A DNA stretch of 64,000 nucleotides, taken from positions 96,001 to 160,000 of the forward strand of contig JAXMNT010000007.1 of assembly GCA_034670305.1 (NCBI GenBank). Reading direction: 5' to 3'. Each line of letters begins with the position of its first letter. Position 1 is the stretch's first letter. The DNA is from Deltaproteobacteria bacterium. GTDB taxonomy: Bacteria > Myxococcota_A > Polyangia > Polyangiales > Houyiibacteriaceae. The notes beneath the pieces are model-generated. The model was not told the DNA's origin. It worked only from the letters and a program-made list of their open reading frames with translations, and did no database searches. Below are positions 51,889 through 60,129 of this stretch, piece after piece. The position numbers were made by a program, and so were the translations under genes.

Positions 51889-53349
51889 ATGGCCCAGCAG
51901 CAACCAGGACAAGGCGGACAAAAGGGACGCCCCGGCGCGATGACGATGGCCATGCAGGCCGTCTCCGTGAAGCAGTCCGGCCCCAAAGTCCTCCGAATCG
52001 GCCTCATCCAAGACGGCAAGATCGTCGAAGAGCGGGTGATCCGCCGTCGCGAGACGGTCTCGGTGGGAACCTCCGAGAAGAACCACTTCATCGTGACCGC
52101 GGACGGACTCCCCGCCCGGTTCGATCTCTTCCAGATCGTGGGCAACGAGTACATCCTGAACTTCACCGCCGAGATGGGCGGACGGGTGGGCCTCCCTGGC
52201 GGTGCGGGCGTGCAGAAGCTCGATCAGCTCCGCAGCTCGGGCGGCGCCCGCAACGCCGGCAAGTACTGGCAGATCAAGCTGAGCGATTCGTCCCGCGGCA
52301 AGATCGAGATCGGCAACGTCACGTTGCTGTTCCAGTTCGTCGAGCCGCCTCCCGTCACCCCGCGGCCGCAGCTTCCAGCCGCTGCCCGTGGTGGCTTCGT
52401 CGCCGGCATCGACTGGCTCTTCACCGCGTTCGTCGTCTTCTCCTACATGACGTTCTTCGGATTCGTCATCTACCTCGAGAACGCCGACTGGCCGATTCAG
52501 CAGGGACTCGCCGCGATGCCGGAGAGCCTCGCGCGACTCATCTTCGAAGAACCGCAGCCTCCGCCGGAGCCGGTCGAGCAAGAGCCGACCGAGGAGCCGA
52601 CCGAGGAGCCGACCGAGGACGCGCCGGAAGTCGCCGACAACTCGAGCAACAACTCCGAAGACACGAGCGACAGCTCCAGCAACTCCGACCCGAGCACCAA
52701 CGCAGAAGCACGCGCACGGATCGCCGACGAAGTCGCGCAGAACGCCGAAGCACTCATCCTTGGCGCGCTCGGTGACAGCGGCGCACTCGCCGACGTCCTC
52801 GCGTCCGGCGCGGTGACCGGCAACGCGGAAGCGGTCCTCGCCGAAGCCAGCGGCGTCGCCACGGCGAGCAGCAGCGAAGGCGGCAACCTCCGAACGCGGT
52901 CCGGCGGCCAGGGCTCCGGCGAAGCCGGCATGCTCGGCAACCTCCGAGCCGGCATGGGCGGCACCGCAGCGATGGAAGGCACGACCGTCATGGAACGTGT
53001 CGTCCGTGGATCGCTGCGACTCGACAACGGCGGTGGCGACACCGGCGGCTCGGGCGACTTCGACTCGGCGCTCGTCGTTCGACAGATTCGCGCCCGACTG
53101 CGCGCCATCCAGCGTTGCTACGAGAACGAACTCCGTCGGAACCCGACCCTCCAAGGCAAGGTCACCGTGCAGTTCACCATCCAGGAACGCGGCAACGTGA
53201 CTGGCACGCGTGCCACGGAGAACACGACCGGCAGCCCGGCCGTCGCGGCCTGTGTCGTGAGCACCGTCGGACGCTTCCGCTTCAACCCGGGCCCCGACGG
53301 CGGCAGCGTCAACTACAGCTACCCGTTCGTCTTCGCTCCGCAGAACTAG
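51889..53349 (+). CDS. GltG/PglI-like protein with AgmX/PglI (TonB-C-like) C-terminal domain
   Basis: PKVLRIGLIQDGKIVEERVI, SRGKIEIG.VTLLFQFV, TM, EPTE repeats, AIQRCYENELRRNPTLQGKV...YPFVF. Confidence 0.88.
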   Translation: MAQQQPGQGGQKGRPGAMTMAMQAVSVKQSGPKVLRIGLIQDGKIVEERVIRRRETVSVGTSEKNHFIVTADGLPARFDLFQIVGNEYILNFTAEMGGRVGLPGGAGVQKLDQLRSSGGARNAGKYWQIKLSDSSRGKIEIGNVTLLFQFVEPPPVTPRPQLPAAARGGFVAGIDWLFTAFVVFSYMTFFGFVIYLENADWPIQQGLAAMPESLARLIFEEPQPPPEPVEQEPTEEPTEEPTEDAPEVADNSSNNSEDTSDSSSNSDPSTNAEARARIADEVAQNAEALILGALGDSGALADVLASGAVTGNAEAVLAEASGVATASSSEGGNLRTRSGGQGSGEAGMLGNLRAGMGGTAAMEGTTVMERVVRGSLRLDNGGGDTGGSGDFDSALVVRQIRARLRAIQRCYENELRRNPTLQGKVTVQFTIQERGNVTGTRATENTTGSPAVAACVVSTVGRFRFNPGPDGGSVNYSYPFVFAPQN

Positions 53350-53386
53350 GATCGCTCGGGGCCGTCGTGGCCCCGCGTGAAGACGC

Positions 53387-54505
53387 TTGCGTCTCCTCCA
53401 CGTACTGACCGTCCCAATCAGCCTCCGCTTCTTGCGGGGGCAGATTCAATTCATGGCGGACCGCGGCTACGACGTGCACGTCGTCACGTCGCCAGGAGCG
53501 TTGGCCACCGACTTCAGTCGAACCGAACCCGCGACCATGCACGCGGTCGAGATGACCCGGCAAGTCAGCCCCATCGCCGATCAGCGTGCGCTGCGTGAGC
53601 TCCGGAAGTTGATGCTTCGGCTGCGACCCGATGTGGTGCATGCAGGCACGCCGAAGGGCGGCTTGCTCGGCATGATCGCCGCCGCCGCCACGCGCGTTCC
53701 CCGCCGCATCTACCACGTGCGCGGCTTGCCCCTCCTCACCGCCGCCGGCCGACTTCGAACCGTGCTGCGCGCCACCGAATCCGTGGCGTGCCTCTGCGCG
53801 CACGACGTCGTGACCGTGAGTGCGTCGCTCGCAGACGCCATGCGGGCGAGCGCAATCGCCGGCGCCGGCCGGGCTCGGGTGCTCGCGTCCGGAAGCAGCA
53901 ACGGCGTCGACACGGAGCGGTTCGTCCCAGGCCGATCGAAGCTCGAGGCCCGGGTCGAACTCGGTCTTCCAGAACATGCCGAGATCGTGGCCTGCGTCGG
54001 ACGGCTCGTGCGCGACAAGGGCATCGAGGAGTTGCTGGAAGCGTGGCGGTCGCTGCGCCGAGAGGGAAGGGTGCTGTTCTTGGTCGGCCCGGTGGAAGAG
54101 CGGGATCCGCTCGGCGACTCGGTCTTGCAAGAGATCGAGAAAGACCCGTCGATCGTTCATCTCCCGTTCACCGAAGACATGCCCACCGTCTACGCCGCGT
54201 CTGATCTCGTGGTCCTGCCGTCCCGCCGCGAAGGGTTCCCGAACGTGCCACTCGAAGCGGCGGCCATGGCGCTCCCCGTCGTGACGACCGACGCCGTGGG
54301 ATGCGTCGACTCGGTGGTGCCGAACCAGACCGGCGCGGTCGTGTCCGTCCAGCACCCACAGGAACTCGAACGTGCGATGCGCACCTACCTCGACGACCCC
54401 GAGCTGCGCCTCCGGCATGGCCAAGCGGGCAGAGCGCGCGTGCTCGAGGAGTTCGCCCCCCACCGCATCTGGTCTGCGCTGGACGGCCTCTACCGCGAGG
54501 GCTGA
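53387..54505 (+). CDS. Glycosyltransferase family 4 (CapM-like)
   Basis: HAGTPKGGLLG, GSSNGVD, VGRLVRDKGI, LPSRREGFPNVPLEA (EX7E). Confidence 0.93.
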   Translation: MRLLHVLTVPISLRFLRGQIQFMADRGYDVHVVTSPGALATDFSRTEPATMHAVEMTRQVSPIADQRALRELRKLMLRLRPDVVHAGTPKGGLLGMIAAAATRVPRRIYHVRGLPLLTAAGRLRTVLRATESVACLCAHDVVTVSASLADAMRASAIAGAGRARVLASGSSNGVDTERFVPGRSKLEARVELGLPEHAEIVACVGRLVRDKGIEELLEAWRSLRREGRVLFLVGPVEERDPLGDSVLQEIEKDPSIVHLPFTEDMPTVYAASDLVVLPSRREGFPNVPLEAAAMALPVVTTDAVGCVDSVVPNQTGAVVSVQHPQELERAMRTYLDDPELRLRHGQAGRARVLEEFAPHRIWSALDGLYREG

Positions 54506-54606
54506 TTTCGGCCCACGAAATGAACTGCGCCGGGGGGCCAGGCAACCCATGCGCAGACCACAAATTACCCCGCGATTCTGCTGGGCTACCCCACTCGAAG
54601 GTTCCG

Positions 54607-54634
54607 TTGACACGGTGGGTCTCGCCGGTATACT
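54607..54634 (+). promoter_or_regulatory. Sigma70-type promoter, near consensus
   Basis: TTGACA-N16-TATACT upstream of a GGAGG RBS. Confidence 0.8.
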
Positions 54635-54658
54635 CGCGCCAAGTTGGAGGGGACTTCC

Positions 54659-55249
54659 ATGTCACGACACCTGCGCCTTATCTATGGGCTGGTGGCTGTT
54701 TTTGCGCTCGTATCGGGCGGGTTCGGCTATGCCGTAGCCCAGGGTTCTGAGGACGGCGACGACGCCGAAGGCACCGCGGATGGTGAGATCGACGCCCAGC
54801 GTCGCTCCAACCTCGGTCCAGAAGAACAACGCGAAGAGGCGACCAAGATTCAGCAGCGGGGCGGCGATTTGAGCCGGCGTGTTGCTTCGATGCTCGATGA
54901 GGCCCGCCAAGAAGGCGACATCATCCGAGTGACGTGCGTCAACGACAAGCTCACTCAGGTCAACGCGAACCTCCGAACCCTCGAGCAGCGCGTCAGCCAG
55001 TTCGACGACGCCGTCGAGTCCCGGGACAACGGTCGTCGCAACCACGAGTTCACCGTCATCATCGTGCTGGGCCAAAAGTTCATCGTCCTCGACCGCGAAG
55101 CCGCCCAGTGCATCGGCCAAGACATCTTCGACACCGGCGCCACGACCGTGACGACCGAAATCGACCCCGACAACCCCAGCGAAGACCCCACCATCATCAT
55201 CCCCGCTGGGTCACCCGTCATCCCCTTCGTGCCGCCGCCGGCATCCTGA
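54659..55249 (+). CDS. Secreted helical protein of unknown function with two Cys
   Basis: Signal peptide, DIIRVTCVNDKL, HEFT, EAAQCIG, Pro-rich tail; first gene of the barrel-OPX unit. Confidence 0.8.
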   Translation: MSRHLRLIYGLVAVFALVSGGFGYAVAQGSEDGDDAEGTADGEIDAQRRSNLGPEEQREEATKIQQRGGDLSRRVASMLDEARQEGDIIRVTCVNDKLTQVNANLRTLEQRVSQFDDAVESRDNGRRNHEFTVIIVLGQKFIVLDREAAQCIGQDIFDTGATTVTTEIDPDNPSEDPTIIIPAGSPVIPFVPPPAS

Positions 55250-55276
55250 CCCGACTTCCGCCGGACAAAGAGACTC

Positions 55277-56614
55277 ATGCTTCGTTGGATTTCCGCGGCC
55301 CTTGTTGTCGCGCTGTTTGCACCGTCGATCGTTCAAGCGCAGGGCGCCTGGGGCCCGAGCTGGCTCGTTGACCGATCCCGCCGAGAAGGCCCTGGTTTCC
55401 AGCTTGGCAGCCTGGAACTCCACCCGGGGCTGGGTGTGGAGGCGGGGTACGACTCCAACGTCTTCTTGGACGACTCGGGTGGGCCGGTCGATCTGACCAG
55501 TAGCGCCATCATTCGGATCACTCCTCATCTGGACATCTCCACGTCCAATACCCAGCGCGAGCAGGAGGGAGAGACCTCTGGAACAGTCGCGCCGAAACTG
55601 GAGTTTCGCGCGGGCATTTCGGGCGAACTCTACATCTTTCTCGCGGACGAAGCGCGAAACAACGTCGGGTTGAACGGCAACCTGGACCTCAACGTGTTTC
55701 CAAAGGGCCGGTTCGGCTTTCGGCTTACAAATGATTTCCAGCGCCGAGTTCGTCCTTTCGCGGGTCGACAGTCGGGCGGAAACTTCGCCATTGATACCAA
55801 CCAGGCTGGACTTCGTTTCACAGGACGGAGTCGGGGCGGCAATCTGAGCGCAGGGTTGGGTTACACGTTTGGAATCCAGCACTTTGAGAACACAAACTTC
55901 AGGTACCTGGACAACTTCCAGCACCAGTTCTCCGCGGATACCCACTGGCGATTCTTCCCCAACACGTCGTTGTTCTGGGACGGCAACCTTACTTTCACGG
56001 ACTACCGAAACGCAGGGTCAGCCGTGGCGCTCAATCTGTCGAACACGTACCGTCTCTCAACCCGAGTCGGCCTCAACGGCGTGGTTACACCGAAGTTCTC
56101 CATGACGGCCGCGGTAGGGTATGGCGCTGTCTTCGTGGCAGACGATTCGCTGGGGGAACAAGAGACCCTGATTGCCTCGCTTGGGCTCCGATTCCGCCCT
56201 ACGGCGACCACCCAGATCGGTCTTGGATATGACCGAATCACCGACGGCTCGTTGGTTGGAAACTTTCAAACATCTGACCGCCTTCACGCGAAACTTCAGT
56301 GGTTGATGGGCGGATCCTTCCTGCTCGCGTTCGACTCCTCCCTTGCGTTCATCAACTTCGGTGACGTGGTCGACTCAACGGGCATGCCAATCTCGGTAGA
56401 TGGTTCGACTGACCGCAAAGACATTATGCTGACGATGCAGCTCTTCGCTGAGTATCGTTTCACGAGCTACCTAGGGGTCAACCTGACCTTCGGTTACACG
56501 GGCAACTACACCGACTTCGAGTACCAGCTCGATATCGCGGGAATGGGAACCGTTCCTGACCCGGCGAGTTTCAACAAGTTCGACGCATGGCTCGGCGTTC
56601 GCATCTTCTACTAG
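55277..56614 (+). CDS. Outer-membrane beta-barrel, polysaccharide porin-like (EpsX/ExoB/Wzp type)
   Basis: Signal peptide, LHPGLGVEAGYDSNVF, alternating beta strands, C-terminal aromatic residue; directly upstream of a short OPX. Confidence 0.78.
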   Translation: MLRWISAALVVALFAPSIVQAQGAWGPSWLVDRSRREGPGFQLGSLELHPGLGVEAGYDSNVFLDDSGGPVDLTSSAIIRITPHLDISTSNTQREQEGETSGTVAPKLEFRAGISGELYIFLADEARNNVGLNGNLDLNVFPKGRFGFRLTNDFQRRVRPFAGRQSGGNFAIDTNQAGLRFTGRSRGGNLSAGLGYTFGIQHFENTNFRYLDNFQHQFSADTHWRFFPNTSLFWDGNLTFTDYRNAGSAVALNLSNTYRLSTRVGLNGVVTPKFSMTAAVGYGAVFVADDSLGEQETLIASLGLRFRPTATTQIGLGYDRITDGSLVGNFQTSDRLHAKLQWLMGGSFLLAFDSSLAFINFGDVVDSTGMPISVDGSTDRKDIMLTMQLFAEYRFTSYLGVNLTFGYTGNYTDFEYQLDIAGMGTVPDPASFNKFDAWLGVRIFY

Positions 56615-57177
56615 CGGCGGTCTTGGTGACTGGCTGTGGTGGGACAATTCGCGTTCCGCCGGACATTCAAGAGACCGAGCGGCAGGCCCAGACCCTTGGA
56701 CCCGGCGACGTGTTTGCGGTTCGGGTATTCGGGGAGGAAGAGCTCTCCGCCCAATACCGAGTCGACTCGGATGGGTCCATCGACTTCCCCTTCCTCGGAC
56801 GGGTCGAAGTCTCAGGAACCGACCCGCGCGAAGTGGCCACTCGAATCTCGGAGGGTCTGGTCGCCGCGAATGTGATGGTCGCGCCGGAAGTCACTGTCTT
56901 CGTAGAAGAGAGCAACTCCTTGCGAGTTAGCGTGGTTGGCGCTGTTGCGCGGCCTGGAACGTTCCCTGCGGCTCCTGGACTGACAGTGGTGCAGGCCATC
57001 TCCATGGCGGGTGGTTTCACCGCGTTGGCTAGCCAGAACGACACGGTGTTGACCCGGCGCGTGGAATCGGGGGTTCGAAGGTTCAGTGTCCCCGCCAAAC
57101 GAATCAGTGAGGGGCGCGAGAACGACGTCCCGCTGCAGGGCGGAGACATCGTCTATGTTCCTGCCCGCGTCTTCTAG
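56587..57177 (+). CDS. wza: Short OPX polysaccharide export lipoprotein lacking the OM-spanning helix
   Basis: Lipobox VTGC, LGPGD...G.IDFPFLGRV PES motif, one SLBB domain, ends at GDIVYVP..F. Confidence 0.9.
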   Translation: MARRSHLLLAAVLVTGCGGTIRVPPDIQETERQAQTLGPGDVFAVRVFGEEELSAQYRVDSDGSIDFPFLGRVEVSGTDPREVATRISEGLVAANVMVAPEVTVFVEESNSLRVSVVGAVARPGTFPAAPGLTVVQAISMAGGFTALASQNDTVLTRRVESGVRRFSVPAKRISEGRENDVPLQGGDIVYVPARVF

Positions 57178-57234
57178 ACTTCTAGACACGAACCACTGGA
57201 CACGTTCGTTGGTGCCAGCCAACGCAGGCTCGTA

Positions 57235-57900
57235 TCAGATCGGGATTACGCCCCTAGCCTTCGAGATCAAGTATCGAATCGAGGCGTAGCCAGAGTCGAG
57301 GGTCCGCCGTACCCGGACTCGTGGCGGCGAGGTGGGCCTGGTCTTCTCGAGTACGCAGATTCGGTGCGACGATTCGAGCACCCCGCGTATCTGGAACGCT
57401 TCGCCGAAAGCGGCCAACCAGTTCTTGACGGACTGTTGCTCTGGCCCTCTGCGGTAGTCGTCCAGGTACACCCGCCCCCCCACTCGCAGCACCTGGTGGG
57501 TTTGATAGAGGCACGCCTCTCGTCCCCGGCGCGTCCAATAGGGCGGGCCATCAATGAACACCGCATCGGCCTCTCGCGGTAGCGGACGGGGCGCGTAGGA
57601 AAGGAACAAGGCCCCCCCGTGCACTTGCCACTCAAGGGGGGCGGCCACGACATGAACCTTTGCCGGTCCGCCATGCTCAGCAACCGCCTGTGCCGTCTCC
57701 TGGGCAAACGTTGGATGGCTTTCGCGGGACCAAATCTCCGCGTCCGGAAAGTCGTGGCTCAGATGGATGGTCGACGTACCGGCACCGAACTCGACGATGC
57801 GTTTGGCTCCGAGTTCTCGCAGGTCGGCCCGAAGCAAGTCGTAACCAACATCCCCAAGACTCCACCCAGAAGAGAACGGCGCGACCGCTGACAAGTCCAT
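57235..57900 (-). CDS. Class I SAM-dependent methyltransferase
   Basis: IVEFGAGTST, FIDGPP, GG.VYLDDY. Confidence 0.82.
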   Translation of the reverse strand: MDLSAVAPFSSGWSLGDVGYDLLRADLRELGAKRIVEFGAGTSTIHLSHDFPDAEIWSRESHPTFAQETAQAVAEHGGPAKVHVVAAPLEWQVHGGALFLSYAPRPLPREADAVFIDGPPYWTRRGREACLYQTHQVLRVGGRVYLDDYRRGPEQQSVKNWLAAFGEAFQIRGVLESSHRICVLEKTRPTSPPRVRVRRTLDSGYASIRYLISKARGVIPI

Positions 57901-57942
57901 GAGGAACGGTAGCGCGCGGGGGCTGGGTGTCCAGAGAACCGG

Positions 57943-60129
57943 CTACTCAGCGGCGGCGCTGTCCACGTCATCCGACGCGTAGTATTCGCCGTACCGACGG
58001 TAGTAGTAGCCCTGGCCGTACTCGGCACTGGAGATGTCCAAGTTGTTGAGCACAGCGCCCAGGATCTTGGCCCCCACGTCGTTGAGCTGACGGATCGTCG
58101 AGCGAAGGGCATCCCGTGTCGTCTGCCCCGCCTGAACAACGACGATCGTCCCATCCACCTGAGGGCTCAGGATGGCTGCATCGGTCACGGCGCCGAGGGG
58201 CGGGCTGTCGAAAATGACGCAGTCGTACTCCTGGCGGGCACGCTCCAGAAGTTCGTTGAACCGCGGCGAGTGAAGCAGTTCAGACGGGTTCGGTGGGACC
58301 GGACCCGCTGGTAGCACGAACAGTCCCGGTACCTCCGAAGCCACCACGCAGCCTTTGAGGTCTGTGGCACCCACGACGACGGACGTGACCCCTGGGTCCT
58401 TGGAGATTCCGAACACTGCGTGGACCCTCGGCCTCCTCAAATCGGTGTCGACCAAGAGAACTCGCTTGCCGCTTTGGGCAATCGACGCGGCGAGGTTGGA
58501 GGCGACCGTGGTCTTCCCTTCGCGGGGGTTGGTGGATGTCACCACGAACACCTTGGCCGTCTTCGCTCCGACCGACATGAACATCAGGTTGGTCCGCAAG
58601 GTTCGACAACACTCTGCTGCAGTCGACATGGGGTGGGCGTGGACGAAGAGCTCTGTCTCGTCCACGGCCTCGAGCCGGCGGGCCCGTCGTTTGCTACCGG
58701 CTTCTTTGCGCCCCTCGAGCTTTGGCACGACGCCCAGGATGGTCACGCCCATCTCCTCGACCGCCTCGGGTGACCGCAGGCGCCGGTCGAGGAACCGCAT
58801 CGCGACGATGATCAGGATGCCCAGCGCGAGCCCACCAAGCGTCCCACCTATCGCGTTCAGGGTGTTGTTCGGAGACACTGGGTATTGAGGGAGAACTGCG
58901 CGGTCCACTATCCGGACATGGGTGGTGCGGAGCATCCGTGTCAGATCGGTCTCGGTCGTCCGCTGAAGAACGACCTCATAGAGCTTGGCCTTGTTCTCCA
59001 TCTGCCGGTTCAACCGCTGGTATTCGATCTCTCGGAGGTTGAGTTCCAGTCCGGCTGCTCGCGCGTCGTCAAGCGCGCTTCGCAATCCGCCCTCGATCGA
59101 CCGCATCTCTCGCAGGTCGGCCTCCGCGCTCGTCACAATGGAGGACACCTCCCCACCCAGCTGTTCCTGGAGGGCGGCCACTTGCGCCTCAACGGCCTGC
59201 ATCTGGGGGTGTGCGTTGCCGTATCGGGCAGCGAGCTCCTGGCGCTCCGCCAGCTTCTCCCGCAGCGTGCTTCGCAACACCTGGAGTCCGGAGCGCTCAT
59301 CGAACACAGTCCCGCTGGCATCCAACACGTCCTGCCCTAGAACTGCGCGAACGCGATTGACTCGAGCGGTGATCGCGATCCGTCTTTGGCTCGCTTCGGT
59401 CAGAGCCTGGTTGAAGCTGCGAATCTCTGCCGCGACCAAGTTCTGCTGGTCCTCCATCGAGAGCGAAAGGACGTTGTGTTCCTCCTTGAAGCTATGGAGC
59501 GCCATTTCGGAGTCTTCCAACTCTCCCCGAAGAGTATCCAGCTGGTCCCCGAGCCACTCCAGCGCACTGACAGTGGACCCCATGCGATCCTCCATCGTTT
59601 TCTCGATGTAGGCGTCTGCAAACGCGTCGGCAATCGCCTTGGCGCGCTCCGGGTCCTCATCGCGAACGACGAGGTTCACCAAGCGCGTATCCTTGACTTG
59701 CAAGACCGTCAGGTGCTGGAGAACCAGGCGGGCCGTTTCATCCACACTCCGCGGCTGAAAAGTCTGCGGGTCTGCATGGAAGAACGCAGGGTCTTGGTGA
59801 ACCCCGAGACGCGAGACGACCCGCTCTGCGAGGCTTCTGCTTGCGATGATCCGGTTCTGAGTCGCGAAGAACTCACGGGAGGACCAGAACTGACCGATTG
59901 GGTCAGCGACGTCCTGGACGTCCTGTCCAAGCGGGCGGATGGGGTTGGGGTCGTATTCGATCGTGGTGGTGGCCTCGAACGACCGAGGTTGGCGGACGGT
60001 CCAGGCCGTGGCGGCTGCACCTGCAGCCAGCGTGCAGACCAGCAGAAGCCACCGATACCGCCACAACAGGCGCGGGTACGTGCGGAGGTCGAAATCCTTG
60101 GCCGCAGGTTTGGTCGGTTCTTCTGTCAC
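57943..60129 (-). CDS. wzc: Polysaccharide co-polymerase/BY-kinase
   Basis: Two TMs flanking coiled coils, YGNAHP, Walker A PREGKT, DTDLRRP, FDSPP, C-terminal Tyr cluster. Confidence 0.95.
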   Translation of the reverse strand: MTEEPTKPAAKDFDLRTYPRLLWRYRWLLLVCTLAAGAAATAWTVRQPRSFEATTTIEYDPNPIRPLGQDVQDVADPIGQFWSSREFFATQNRIIASRSLAERVVSRLGVHQDPAFFHADPQTFQPRSVDETARLVLQHLTVLQVKDTRLVNLVVRDEDPERAKAIADAFADAYIEKTMEDRMGSTVSALEWLGDQLDTLRGELEDSEMALHSFKEEHNVLSLSMEDQQNLVAAEIRSFNQALTEASQRRIAITARVNRVRAVLGQDVLDASGTVFDERSGLQVLRSTLREKLAERQELAARYGNAHPQMQAVEAQVAALQEQLGGEVSSIVTSAEADLREMRSIEGGLRSALDDARAAGLELNLREIEYQRLNRQMENKAKLYEVVLQRTTETDLTRMLRTTHVRIVDRAVLPQYPVSPNNTLNAIGGTLGGLALGILIIVAMRFLDRRLRSPEAVEEMGVTILGVVPKLEGRKEAGSKRRARRLEAVDETELFVHAHPMSTAAECCRTLRTNLMFMSVGAKTAKVFVVTSTNPREGKTTVASNLAASIAQSGKRVLLVDTDLRRPRVHAVFGISKDPGVTSVVVGATDLKGCVVASEVPGLFVLPAGPVPPNPSELLHSPRFNELLERARQEYDCVIFDSPPLGAVTDAAILSPQVDGTIVVVQAGQTTRDALRSTIRQLNDVGAKILGAVLNNLDISSAEYGQGYYYRRYGEYYASDDVDSAAAE

